Below are positions 25,638-38,900 of a stretch of 63,647 nt of DNA, piece after piece. Positions within the stretch are counted from its first letter, which is position 1; each line of letters begins with the position of its first letter. The position numbers and the translations under genes are program-made. Origin of the DNA: Octopus bimaculoides (Eukaryota); the NCBI RefSeq assembly GCF_001194135.2, contig NC_069001.1:22262051-22325697 (forward strand). The letters run 5' to 3'. The notes under the pieces were generated by a model, which saw nothing but the letters and a program-made list of their open reading frames with translations, made no database searches and was not told the DNA's origin.

Positions 25638-26049
25638 CAAAAGTTGTCAGAAAGATTGAAAATGTATTGTTTTGTTTGTCTCTGGTCATAAAATTAAAGC
25701 AACAACAGATTTATTGTATTCAAAATTGTGCTTTTGATTCTACTTTACCAGTGCAGGATTAATTCTGATTCCACAAACACAAACTAAATATGACCCAGGT
25801 CACTCTGTGAACAGATAACAAATGATTTGCAGATAAACAAGTCAGAACAATACTGCTGTCTGTTTTTTACAATATCATATTTGGCAAGTAGATTCGAGTT
25901 TTGTAGTTAAAGAAGAAAAATTCCTCAGAAGAATTTAAGACGTATACTTGTAAATATAATACTTCCACTTAGCTATATTCTTAAAACTGCTGTCAGCCAA
26001 ATTGTAATTTAACACTATTTGATGTAATCTTGTGTAGTGGTTCTACACA

Positions 26050-26255
26050 TTGGCATTAAATTTTGGCACAAAGCCAGCATGTTTGGGCATGGGGATAAGA
26101 CAGATACATCAACCTCACTGCTCAACTAGTGCTTATTTTATTGACCCTGAAAGGATAAAAGACAAAGTCAATTTCAGCAGCATTGGAACCCTGAATGTAA
26201 AGATGGATAAAATGCTGCTAAGCATTTTTACCTGTGTGTTAATGATTCTGCCACC
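26050..26255 (-). mobile_element. SINE family B (the source of the 26050-26259 ORF)
   Basis: aaattttggcacaaagccagc...gaaaggataaaagacaaagtcaat...gattctgccac. Confidence 0.75.
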
Positions 26256-26774
26256 TTAAGTTGTCCTCCATATTGACACAAATTATTGGATGGGCAAAAG
26301 ATCTCATTTACAATAAACACCTTAACACTACCCATCAAAAAAAAAAATTTAGCAACAAAATCTTATGTGGAGCTCCACCCCTAAGGGTCAAATGGATCCC
26401 ATGTGAGAACCACTTTTCTAGCTACACCATTGGGTAGGTTTTGGTGTGGGATAAACTTGACTACCAAGCCCTCATGTTCGTTTCGATTGTACTCTTAACC
26501 TCATGATATCTAATAGATGGTCTGAAACTGAGGATTGTTGTTGTTGACATGGATATAAAGTTGTACTGCTCTCAGATTACTGACTGTTGTACTGGTTGTT
26601 TAATCCCAAACTGTGTCTATCTCACTTGCTTTTTCTCTCTCTAGGTACAATATACGGAGCAGTTTCAGCAACAACACACAAGCTCCCTCATCGACCTTCC
26701 CTGCTGTAATGCTCTGCAAGTGTGAACATTCATACACATGCTTACAAATGCATGCACACACACACGCACATATA

Positions 26775-26990
26775 TAAGGGAGCTGGTAAAAACTTTGTAG
26801 GTTTGGGTAAAAGAAAATATAGGAGAATCAGTTAATTATGATTTTATCTAATGTATACCCCTCTCAGATTCACACACTTAGTGCAGCAGTCCTTCAGTTT
26901 TTTCAAGCTCTGTAAAGGAACTTTGAAAGTTGGGCCTCCAGCCAGGCCTTTCATGATATCTTCAGAGCTAGAAACTTTTCAACACCCCGC
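26775..26990 (-). mobile_element. Second copy of the mariner-derived MITE
   Basis: 26812-26910 is the reverse complement of about 7805-7912 (cccctctcagattcacacacttagtgcagcagtccttcagtttt). Confidence 0.7.
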
Positions 26991-27001
26991 CTTGTGTGTA
27001 A

Positions 27002-27041
<40 letters not shown>

Positions 27042-27529
27042 ATAAATCCACAATAGGTAGAATCAGCGAAAAGTGTACTTGATTCAATGAGAGATAAATG
27101 TCAGTTTAATATGCAACTGAAAAAGCTACTAATAATTTTATGCTTTTATGGTACTTTAATTTGGCATGTTTATAAAATACTAGCTGAATTTCCTGGTAAT
27201 ACCTGGAAAAGCAGACGTTATTTCCAGTTCCCATTCCCATTACACTGTTTCATGACCTATCCTGTTCTCTGTTCAATTCCTATTTTAGTTCTGCTCCCAT
27301 TCCTATCCTCAATCCTATGTCAATATATAAATTTTAGAATCAGTTAGGTGTAGTAAAACCATTAAATATTTTATTAACCTTTATGGTAATAGTTTATTGT
27401 TAAAAATAGGTATTACACACTATAAGTACGATTAGTAGGTGAATAAAGAATGTCCCTATATTATTTTAACAAATGAATATGCATCTGAGGAAAAAACCCA
27501 ATAGATAAATAGAGAGATTTACAAATGCA

Positions 27530-28032
27530 TTGACAAATAGTCCGCGTATTGTAGCTGGTGTTGTCGCATGTCATAGCTTATTGTAGCTGGTTTGGAATCA
27601 TGTGCTACAGCCCCACTCGCTAGGGGCCCTTATAGATTTTTCTTGAAATCCAATTCACCTATAATTCAACTGGTTGTCCAGAACTAATAAATAACAAAAC
27701 CAGATTTAATGTGGAAAATTATTTCTATATACCAAATTTGAAAACTTTGATGTAATTTTAAAATCTCACAATGTGTGACAGCAACATGGAAGACCCCACA
27801 AAAGTAGAGAAACGGAGTTATAGGACGTGACACACACTCACACACACACACANNNNNNNNNNNNNNNNNNNNNNNNNNNNNNNNNNNNNNNNNNNNNNNN
27901 NNNNNNNNNNNNNNNNNNNNNNNNNNNNNNNNNNNNNNNNNNNNNNNNNNNNNNNNNNNNNNNNNNNNNNNNNNNNNNNNNNNNNNNNNNNNNNNNNNNN
28001 NNNNNNNNNNNNNNNNNNNNNNNNNNNNNNNN

Positions 28033-28089
<57 letters not shown>

Positions 28090-28545
28090 ATGTATATATG
28101 TATGTGTGTGTGTGTATGTGTGTTTGTGTGTAAGTCTTTTTTTGAGATGCACAGCAGAAAAGCCACCTACCCCCGCTTTCCTTAAAGCTACACCTTGCTG
28201 TGTGTGTGTTGTACAAATGTATGCAGCATCATATATGACAGCTTTATTAACACCAAATCCCATTTACACCATTGTTCTCATCTTCACCGATATAAGTCTC
28301 TTTTACTACCTCTGACTTATACTTTTTGCAACCTTCTTATTTTATCATATAATTCGCCCAACCCACCTTGCGGCACATTATAGATTTTTATTGAAATCCA
28401 GTTAGCCTATTATTGAACTGGATGTTAGTGTCACATGTATGCAAAGTTTCGTGAATATTGGTTTGGTGCTTTAGGCACTAATTTGGTAACAGTCAGACGG
28501 ACAGAGTGATAAACAGACAGAAATTGCCATTTATATATACATATA
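27530..28545 (-). mobile_element. Possible non-autonomous Helitron/Helentron-like element spanning a gap
   Basis: The minus strand from 28545 reads tatatataaatggcaatttctgtctg...aaaccaatattcacgaaactttgcatacatg, similar to the Helitron-like 5' region at 50140-50240. An internal direct repeat lies at 27629-27675 / 28375-28423. No clear 3' hairpin was found. Confidence 0.35.
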
Positions 28546-30174
28546 TATTGATGCTCTGTATCTCTAATCATTCTTTCAGGCACTGTTTTTGCATTATATA
28601 TATTTTAAAAACAAGGACGCTGGACAATGAGAAAATAAGGAAAGCAAGATATCCATTACATGAAGTTTTCAACTTTCTCTAGAAGCATCCAAAGATGTGG
28701 CTTATTTGTTGGTGTAGGTATATTTTTCATGGAGTAATCCATATGATATAAATCCATAATAGCGTGCATAAATTTTTGAAGAATCTTTAGTCACTCAGCT
28801 TTATAGCTTTATATGGCTGTATGCCAAACAATGTGGAAATTGAATTTGCAGTAGAAACCCACGTATTTGGAAGTGTATATACATATATAGATATATATAT
28901 ATATATGTATGTATATGCACACACAAGCAGAATAAATTTAATATTTTGTATTAAATATGTATTTAAAGAATAAATCTTCAGGTTTATAACAATATCTTGC
29001 ACCATCTCACTAATTACGCTCAGTACCATCACCACCACCTTATCTTCATGGTTCTTCTGTTCAGCTGGCATGGGCAAGATATTTCTGCCTGGTTTTCATT
29101 TGGCATGATCACAAATGTGCACAATATCTGTTGACCCTTATCTCATAATGACTGTGGCAACATGTTATGCTTCAGGAAATGTGTAAATTGAAGTAGAGCT
29201 GTCATGCCTCAGTGCCCTTCATGGCACCAACCATTAAATAGAGAATCTGTTATTGTTGTCATAAGTTTTCAGACAAATTTCTCAATCATAATAAAACAAC
29301 CTTTGCTATTTTTCCAGGCATCAGTGCCATTACCAATATTAGAATCACAACTAAATTTTCTTTCATTAGAATCAACATCAATGCCAACACCTCAATCACC
29401 AAATATCTCTATCAATTTCTATCCATACATTCACCAGATCTCCACCACTATTATCACCAATTGTCCCTTCAAAGCAATGAGGATGCCTCTATGTGGTCCC
29501 GCAGTCTGATAGAAATAATAGCCAAGTTCACTCAAATACATAAATACACAAAAGAAATAAGACATTGACCCTTTTTGATACCATATTTCTGACAAAATAC
29601 ATTGTCATTCTTTTAGATTATTTCGAAAATAGTGAAGAATGTAGTAAAATAACTTTGTTGTTATTAAGCTGGTGTTTGGAACATAAATTTACAGGAAATT
29701 ATGATGGAAAGTTTCAATTTAAATCACCATAAAACAGGAAATCTGTATCATAGAACCTGGGGTGGTTTGGGGCAGGTTTTGGCATCAAAAGGGTGCAAAA
29801 AGACAATTTAATTAAGTTTGGAATGCCTCTGATCATAGTCTTCATGATTAGAGCTGACTTGTGAGCTAAATAATGACAATTGCTACTAAAACCACCTTCA
29901 CTACATTCCTCACCTTCCATCTGCTGCTGACTCCACCACCACCACCACCGAGACCACAACCATGTCAGCTAATATCTCAGTTCCTATTGCCACAGTTCGA
30001 CTGAATTAGAAAGAGAGCTGCTCATCAGTCATTCTTATCCTGTAGTTGCCACTACTAACAGCATTAATATCAGATGTCATTTCCATATGCATACCAGTAA
30101 AAACATTTCTATATAGTTACTCACTCTGCTAGAATTAGCAGCCAAATGTCTCCCATATTACAGCCTATCATTAT

Positions 30175-31260
30175 CATTATCATTGTTTAACGTCTGCTTT
30201 TCATGCTGGCATGGGTCGGATGGTTTGACTGGGGGCTGGCAAACCAGAAGGCTGCACCAGGCTCCAATCCAGTCTGGCAAAATTTCTACAGCTGGATGCC
30301 CTTCCTAATGCCAACCACTCCGAGAGTGTAGTGCGTGCTTTTTATGTGCCACTGGCACGAGTGCCAGTCAGGTGGTACTGGTATTGACCATGCTCGGATG
30401 GTGCTTTTTACGTGCCACTGGCATGGGTGCCAATCAAGCAGTACTGTCATCAGTCACTTGCCTAAACAGGACTTTGCAAGCGCAGTTTATTGCCCAAATG
30501 ATCGAAGGGTACTCTTAAATGGGCTGGTTATGCTGCTCTGGCATAGGTCACAGTTACAGTCTTACTTGGCTTGCTGGGTCTTCTCAAGCACAGCATATCT
30601 TCAAAGATCACTGTCACTTGTCATCACCTCAGTGAGGCCCAACGATCGAAGGTCATGCTTCACCACCTCATCCCAGGTATTCTTCGGTCTACCTTTTCAA
30701 CAGGTTCCCTCTACTGCTAGAGTGTGACACTTTTTCACACAGCTGTCCTCATCCATACGTAACACATGACCATACCAGTGCAGTTGTCTCTCTTGCACAC
30801 CACATTTGATGCGTCTTATTCCAACTTTTCTCTCAGGACGCTTACATGACATTACACATCCAGCGGGGCATACTGGCTTCATTCGCTGAAAGCTCACACA
30901 TGTCCTCTGCAGGTCACAGACCATGTTTCACTGCTATGTAGCATCGCTGTTCACACACATGCGTCATACAGGCTACCTTTTACTCTGAGCGAGAGGCCCT
31001 TTGTCGCCAGCAGAAGTAGGAGCTCTCTGAACTTTGCCCAGGATATTCTTATTCTAGCAGCTACACTCTCAGAGTATCCACCTCAGCTACTGACTTGGTC
31101 ACCTAGGTAACAGAAGCTATCAACTACTTGTAGTTTTTCCCCCTGGAATGTGACGGAAGCTGTTTTCTGCACATTTTCAGTGTTTATTGCCCCTGAGCAT
31201 TTGCCACATACAAAAACTATCTTCTCAGTTAGTCTTCTTTTGATAATGCTGCACCAGGTG
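30175..31260 (-). mobile_element. RTE-clade LINE 3' remnant (RT thumb, C-terminus and 3' UTR)
   Basis: The minus strand gives LPLLATKGLSLRVKG.LYDACV...SETW, GVQERQLHWYGHVLRMDEDSCVKKCHTLAVEGTC.KGRPKNTWDEVVKHDL, then a 3' UTR ending aaacaatgataatgat. Confidence 0.88.
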
Positions 31261-31852
31261 TGAGAGAATATTCAAGATAATAATGAGATAGAATTGGGCA
31301 TTTGAATTCTTAAACTCGAGCTATAACCAAGAGTCTTCGGTCAGCCAAACTGTGACAAAATTAGATAAATGAATGAATAAATGACAATAATAAATGAGTG
31401 TGAAAGAGAGGCAGAAAGAGGGAGAGTTGGATTGAACGAAGGGATCTTAAGTATTTTTCTCTAAACATACAGTATGGAAGAGGAAACTGTGTTTACGTAG
31501 ATAGATAATGAAATGAAATAATAAGTAATCATGATCTGTGCTGGAAACAAATTTGATTATGTAGTCTTAAGTAAATTAAAAAAGATTAACTGAAAGAAAG
31601 ATAAACTGATCAAAACTGAAATGCTGTGCATTTCTTATTGCAAATTATGGTCTACATTTCTTATTGCAAATTATGAACTTACCGATTATATTTATAAGCT
31701 TTTACTGATTAAAAAAAAATTTTTTTCATACTTTTCCTATTGTTCTTCATCTAGTGTAAGACAAAGTAAATTTTTAGGAATAAAATACCTGTAAGTGATT
31801 GTAGTTATATGTGATTAAAATGCAGGGCAAATATAAATACTGTAAACATACA

Positions 31853-32028
31853 GTAGGTGTTATGTTGTAAGAAGCTTGCTTTCCAACCATGAAGTTCCAG
31901 GTTCAGTCTCACTGTGTAGCACCTTGGTCAAGTATCTTCTACTATGGCTTTGGGCCAAACGAAGCCTTGTAAGTGGATTTGATAGACAGAAACTGAAAGA
32001 AGCCCATCATATATATATATATATATAT
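31853..32028 (+). mobile_element. SINE family A 5' half (3' half at about 35260-35545, split by the PLE)
   Basis: Head...gaaactgaaagaagcccatca(ta)n. The matching 3' half resumes after the PLE. Confidence 0.8.
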
Positions 32029-34620
32029 AGATGAGGAAATCTACAACGAATTAAAGAAACATTCAGATGGTCAACGCTTGGAAAGTGTCTTTAAACTGTG
32101 GAAAACAGCTTGTGAAGCTGAAGAAACAAACTCACTTCAACGCTGGGAAAAACAAGCCAATTTCTTTATTAACTACGAAACACAGTTCAACATAAAATAC
32201 GCATCGGAGAACCCCTTCCTGAATAAAAATAAGCCAAAAACATACACAGAAATGAACCCACGCTTATCTAACACAAACCACAGACGGTCAAGGGGACATA
32301 ACTCCACCGACCAAACCTCTCTTACATCCCAAAATAACTTACAAACAGCAATCAGGAATTCAGCCCAAAATAGAAAATCTGGACGTAATCCGCATGGCAT
32401 CCTACATACAAATCAAAGGTTCCATCGAAACCTCCAGACTAACCTAAACTTATGGGAACCAATACCTACTAATCCACCTCCATTATCTCACAATAAATGG
32501 AAGAATTTACCTCCGAGACTTAACCCTCAACAGGGTTACTTCAATCATTCAACAAGACACAACCTCACTAGACAACATCACTTCTCCCTCCTCCGACATT
32601 ACAATATCAAAAATAATATTAACCCTAACCACATCAACCATAGAAAATATAACAACCCTCAGTACAACCATAATCTAGCCCGCTTCACACCCACCCCACC
32701 ACTCCACCACCAACATATTACCACAGACACACTTATACCCATTTTCTCCTCAGCAAACCAAACACAATANNNNNNNNNNAGTCTATAGTAAAAAACAAAA
32801 GTGAATACTGCCCTACAAAGGGCAGAAATAAAGCACTTGATGATTTTTGTGAACACATTACCAGTTTTCCTTTTAATACCCTACAAAAACAACTAATTAA
32901 ATCCAACCTTAATGTAAACGAATGGAAAGAACTAATTGAGATAAAAAATGATTCAAACCTCACCATTAACGAAGCCGACAAAGGAAGTGCTGTAGTGGTG
33001 ATGGACACACAGTACTACAAGAAGTTAATACTATCCATGTTGGAAAATAATATTTACTATGAAATGAGAGTACAATACAACCCACAGAAGACTCTTAAAA
33101 ACCTCTCCTCCTTACTTCAAATACATGGAAAGGGTTTAACTAAACATGAAATTGACTATTTATCCAATTTTAAATACAGACCTAGTCTATTCTATGGATT
33201 ACCCAAAATACACAAGAATCCACATATTTGTAAAGCTTGCAAAGTTTCTCCAAGCCTCTGCATTAATATTCCTCCTGCTACTGAGACCATCATTGCTGGC
33301 CCTGCTTGTGAAACCCACCGTTTGAGCAACTTCCTCGACATCTTACTCAAACTGTTTCTAAAATATGTGAACAGTTTCATCAGGGATGACTTAAATATGC
33401 TTAAGCACCTCCCGAAGACAATAAATGAAGGAACCCTGTTACTATCATTCGATGTGGTGAATTTGTACACCAATATCCCACACGATTATGGTATAGAAGC
33501 GATCTCCTTCTGGCTAGAAAAATACCCAGAAGAGATCCCAGGACGCATCGACCACAGATTCATAATCGCAGTACTTAAATTCATCCTACTGAACAACTAT
33601 TTCATGTTCGATACAGTTTACTATCGACAAAAATGTGGAATTGCAATGGGAACCCGAGCTGCGCCAGTGATTGCGAACCTTGTAATGGGTTACCTAGAGC
33701 TTAAAATATATCAATCATTACTACAAAAATATGGCACCTCATTTCATTGCTATTTAAAGGAGAACTGGAAGAGGTATTTGGACAATTGCTTTATACTTTG
33801 GATAGACAGCATGGACAAACTCCTCGATTTCAAAATAATGCTTAACAATATTAATAGCAACATACAATTCACTATGGAACACAAGGTGAAATCTTTAAGA
33901 TTAAATCAAATTTCACCTGTGCCTCGGAAAATCTAATCTATGCCATTACATGCTTAGGATGTAGTAATAACTATATTGNNNNNNNNNNNNNNNNNNNNNN
34001 NNNNNNNNNNNNNNNNNNNNNNNNNNNNNNNNNNNNNNNNNNNNNNNNNNNNNNNNNNNNNNNNNNNNNNNNNNNNNNNNNNNNNNNNNNNNNNNNNNNN
34101 NNNNNNNNNNNNNNNNNNNNNNNNNNNNNNNNNNNNNNNNNNNNNNNNNNNNNNNNNNNNNNNNNNNNNNNNNNNNNNNNNNNNNNNNNNNNNNNNNNNN
34201 NNNNNNNNNNNNNNNNNNNNNNNNNNNNNNNNNACACAACAAAGAATGAATAAAGAGGCAATTTTCATTAATAAATATCTTCCTCAACTAAATATAAACA
34301 CATAACATAATATAGAACACCACTAACCTTCCATTTAATATCACTAACCCCCATACATCCCATACACCATTCACACTACAAATCCAGATCTACCCTAATT
34401 GCACCAAATCCAGAACTACTTACCTCCCTTACACATAATCTTTTTACTAAGGGGCTAATAGACTTGACACCGTTTAGAATTCGGTGTATACTCAAAGCAA
34501 TGACTAGTAATATCACGAAACCGGTATGCTTGTAAATCTCTTTAACAACTCACAATAATGACTTTTATAATCTTTATTCCTATCTCAGTTCATCTAATTG
34601 TATATATATATCGTTACTTT
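32029..34620 (+). mobile_element. Penelope-like element with long N-terminal region, RT, internal deletion, GIY-YIG remnant and terminal repeat
   Basis: EADKGSAVVVMD, FYGLPKIHK, LLSFDVVNLYTNIP, YRQKCGIAMGTRAAP and YLDN are in one frame (about 32780-33936). The sequence then jumps to QGEIFKIKSNFTCASENLIYAITCLGCSNNYIG (GIY-YIG). After the gap comes RMNKEAIFINKYLPQLN*. Confidence 0.93.
34497..34529 (+). ncRNA. Degenerate hammerhead motif in the PLE terminal repeat
   Basis: GCA-ATGACTA-GT(AATATC)AC-GAAA-CCGG-TA-TGC: stem I GCA/TGC, palindromic ACCGGT stem III, GUA triplet. The first core box has two mismatches to CUGANGA. Confidence 0.45.
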
Positions 34621-34751
34621 TCACAAAAAGCCTTACCTTCTTTTTGATTTCCAATGTGCATTTTCTCTTGTTTTTCTGCTTACTTTCCCCTTACATTTCC
34701 ATGTGTAGTTTCTATTTTGTTTTTTTAACATATTTCTATTATATATATATA

Positions 34752-35070
34752 GTACTCTTTTTGTAAGCCTGGTACTTATTCTTTGCTTTGTTTTTTTGCT
34801 TTTTTTACCAAACCACTTACTGACAGGGATATAAACACACCAGCACCAGTTGTCAAGCAGTGGCGGGGAACAAACACAAAGACATGCACACAGATACATA
34901 CATATACATACTGGTTTCGTGATATTACTAGTCATTGCTTTGAGTATACACCGAATTCTAAACAGTGTCAAGTCTATTAGCCCCTTAGTAAAAAGATTAT
35001 GTGTAAGGGAGGTAAGTAGTTCTGGATTTGGTGCAATTAGGGTAGATCTGGATTTGTAGTGTGAATGGTG
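34752..35070 (-). repeat. Composite inverted duplication (SINE flank plus PLE terminal repeat)
   Basis: 34752-34910 is the reverse complement of about 35285-35449, and 34907-35070 is the reverse complement of about 34367-34528. Both are near-identical. Confidence 0.9.
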
Positions 35071-36860
35071 CACCAGCATGACCGCAGCCACTTGGCTGAA
35101 ACACATAAATAAATAAATATATCTATATATATGTATGTATGTNNNNNNNNNNNNNNNNNNNNATATTCCTGCAGAACTAATGTGGGGTATAGAATATGGA
35201 ATATACAATATATAATATAATATACAATATATAATATAAAATAAAATATATATATATGTGTATGTATGTATGTATGTATATATATGTATGTATGTATATG
35301 TATGTATCTGTGTGCATGTCTTTGTGTTTGTTCCCCGCCACTGCTTGACAACTGGTACTGGTGTGTTTACATCCCTGTCAGTAAGTGGTTTGGTAAAAAA
35401 AGCAAAACAACAAAGCAAAGAATAAGTACCGGGCTTACAAAAAGAGTACTGGGGGATTAATTCATTCGATCAAGATGAATTCTCTAAGGCAATGTCCCAG
35501 CATGGCCACAGTCTAATGACAGAAACGAATAAAAGATAAAAGATGCACTCTGCCGCTGAGCTGAACATTTTGCACAATTATTCTCTTGAAAACCTTTTAG
35601 AATTCTATTCTCTATCTGTCTCATAAATATGAGACTTTCATATGATGTGGAAATTTTTGCTAACATCCCAAGTTACATGCATTTTCACAGTAGTTTATCT
35701 TTATGAATCTGTCATTTTTCTGGGAGTATTGTCCATATTTAATCTCTTTATATTTACCCAACTTCTAGAATATTTATGCCTGGCAAGAATTTTGATATCT
35801 GGTTAAGAACAAAGCTAATATTTTCTGTAGAAGAAAGTATGGATGATAAAGTTTTGATTCCTTGATTGTATTTTAAACCTAGAATTAATAATATATGCTC
35901 GAATGTATCAAATATGAAATTCAACTGATTCCATTTTCTCTTCTAAGCTATTTTGCTTTCTAACTCTTAAGAAGTTTAGCTGACTTAATAGTGTGGCTTT
36001 CATGCAGTTGAACATTTCTTTAAAAATATTAAATTAATCCTTAATACCAGTGGCTACAACTTACTATTGAAGAGGTCACAGCTTTAAAAGAGGATTCTTA
36101 AAACCACATAATGAAGATATTCACATTTCAAATAGTTAGTTCTATAGAACAGAACAGTCTGTGAGATTTCTTGTTGAATCAGTTTCCATTATTTATGCTC
36201 TTGAAGAATGTATGAACCACAAAAGATTGCATGTAATTTTGCAGTGAATCTCTTATTTGGAACAAAGAGAAGCAAAACCAATGTTTGTTCTTAACCTTTA
36301 GAATTAAAGTAAAGGTGCATGGCTTAGTGGTTAGGGTATTCAGCTCAGGATCATAAGGTCACAAGTTCATAAACTGGTAGCAAGTTGAGCCCTTGAGCAT
36401 TGCTGCAGTCCACTGACAAGAATGAGTAGTACTTGTAATTCAAAGGGCCACATTCTGTGTCATGCTGAATCTGGAATGTCAATATCAAGATTTAATAAGT
36501 ATATGAAATTATGTTCTCATACATCATCTTCATGTGAAATTTGACACCATGTTCAGACAACAGGGACCTTTTGGTACTAAGGTTGGGGGTCAAGTCAGTT
36601 AATTTTGTTGTTCTTAAAACTTTGTCACACATTCATAGTATAAAGCTATTTATCAAAAAATGAAGAAGCCTATCATGTATGTGGCTGTGTAAACTTAGCA
36701 GTTCAGCAAAAAGAGGCAGATAGAATAAGCTACAGGCTTTTAAAAATTTTGAAATACTGGGGCTGATTCGTTCAGCTAAAATTCTTCAAAGCAGTGTGGA
36801 TGTGAGCACATATGTGTGTTTATATCTCCTTGTCAGAGTCTGTTTGTGACTCCATCATGA

Positions 36861-37240
36861 TAGGTGCAGGTGTGACTATGTGGTAAGAAGCTTGCTTCCC
36901 AACCACATGGTTCTGGGTTCAGTCCAACTGTGTGGTACCTTGGGTAAGTGTCTTCTACAATAGCATTGGACAAAAAAATCCTACCAAGTGGACTTGCTAG
37001 ATGGAAACTGAAAGAAGCCCTTTGAATATGTGTGCATGTGTGTGTCTTTGTGTCTATGTTTGTCCTCCACCACTGTTTGACAACCGGTGTTGATGTGTTT
37101 ATGTCCCAATAACTTAATGGTTTCACAAAAGGAGAGTGACAGAATAAGTACCAGGCTTTACAAAAAAGAATAAGTACTTGGGTGGATTCTTTCAGCAAAA
37201 GTTCTTCAAGACAATGCCCCCAACAAGTAAAAGCTAAAAG
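36861..37240 (+). mobile_element. SINE family A
   Basis: ggtgcaggtgtgactatgtggtaagaagcttgcttcccaaccac...gaataagtaccaggctt. Confidence 0.88.
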
Positions 37241-38784
37241 ATGCAGGTAGTGATTAGAACAGCTTTTATCATTGGCCTGTAGAATCAAGACTGATTTGAG
37301 CCAAATAAAAACAGGCAAGGAGAAAACTGAAAATATACAAAGACAACCAAATGACAGCCGACTTAACTCTAAAATATGTTTATGTTGCCTGAGTCAACTG
37401 TGTCTCACTTAATAAACATCAACTTATTATATTTCTGATAAGATTTTGGTATCATTCTTCCTTCTATTGTTAGTATTATGCAAGAGGAAGATTTACTGCA
37501 TCAATTTTAATCAGTTTCAGTGGGCATGTTGATAAAATAGACACAGCTCATAGATGAGAGAAATTTTGATCACTGCCTCACTCATCTGAGTTTAAATTCT
37601 ACTAAAGTTTATCTTGATCTCTCTGAGGATCCATGATATACCAGTAACATACTAGTGTCAGGTCAGTTGACTATATTATTCCTTAAATTCAATTAGCCAT
37701 GTCACACTTTTATTTATTTATTATTTCAGGTTTTAGAGAGCAACACCTTCTAAAGCTTTGGGTCAATTAAAAAAAAAAATTCTATAATAATTTCAATCTG
37801 CTACATAATTTTTCAATTGGCTAAGTTGTCATGTGGACAGCATGAGGTTTTAAACAAGTAACATTGTGTTGCAGATGAAGAATGGAATAGAATTATAATT
37901 ACAGACAAACACATACATACATACATACATACATACATACATACATACATACATACATACATGCACACACATGCATACATATATACATACAAATATATGT
38001 GCATGTATATATGTATGTTTCCATGACCATGGTTCTCTGTCTGTCTATCTGTCCCTCTCTCTTTCTCTCACTCTTGCTGATACACACACACACAAGTATT
38101 TATATATTTTAGGTCCTGGTAGAGTGTAAAGGTAGGGTATTTCCAGAGAAGTACTCAACACTGTCAGGTTCCAGACCAAGCTCGGAATTCTTCGAGTGTA
38201 GAAAACCTTGGTTTAATGACAGTAACACTGTAATGTCGGTTTGGCAAACAGTAAATTATAATCCAAATAAAAATAAGACAAAAAAATTCTTAAACACATC
38301 TTTAATGATTCATTACAATTGTTTCTGAAGCAACTCTATCTGCAACACCAGTTTATGCAAAAATTCAAAGTGAAAATTTATGTAATGTTTACAGTTTTAG
38401 ATATTAGAGTGACACTTTATCCGACTTGCATCAAAGGTTGTGTTGTCTCATTGTCCATCTTCCTGGTATTGTTTTTGGCTTATATCAGGAGGAAATAAAA
38501 ACAATAAATAAAAGTGTAGTTATGGGATAAGTGGGGTGGAGATCATTTGTGGGGTGGGGTGGGAGAATAAAGAGGAATTTTCAAAGCTACCACAAAGAAA
38601 AAGAAATAAATCAAACAATAGGAGTGAAAGGCTCGACAAATTCAACCTTGTCCTCAATCAACATTACTATGAAGAGAATGGCATCAACTAAGAATGGGTC
38701 TATATTGTCACCAACACATCACCATAAAGGAAGCATTCAGCATAGAGGAAAGTAAAGTTTTAGCTATCAATAACTGATACATAC

Positions 38785-38798
38785 AGATAGATGGATGA

Positions 38799-38855
<57 letters not shown>

Positions 38856-38900
38856 CAGGTAGATAGATAGATAGATAAATAGATAGAGAGATAGATAGAT
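38785..38900. repeat. (GATA)n microsatellite
   Basis: Directly visible tandem gata units. Confidence 0.95.

Noticed and set aside
27684-28315. Long ORFs with X runs and YI/HT/CV dipeptides (also at 1093-1606, 33946-34305, 46534-46982 and 52066-52590)
   Set aside because: Artefacts of N-gaps and dinucleotide repeats.
31628-31680. 21-bp direct repeat separated by 5 nt (CRISPR-like at a glance)
   Set aside because: Only two units in eukaryotic DNA; a simple slippage duplication.
38113-38327. Open frame VLVECKGRVFPEKY... after tttag
   Set aside because: It appears to be a dispersed repeat seen in this type of genome. There is no convincing donor and no recognisable protein.
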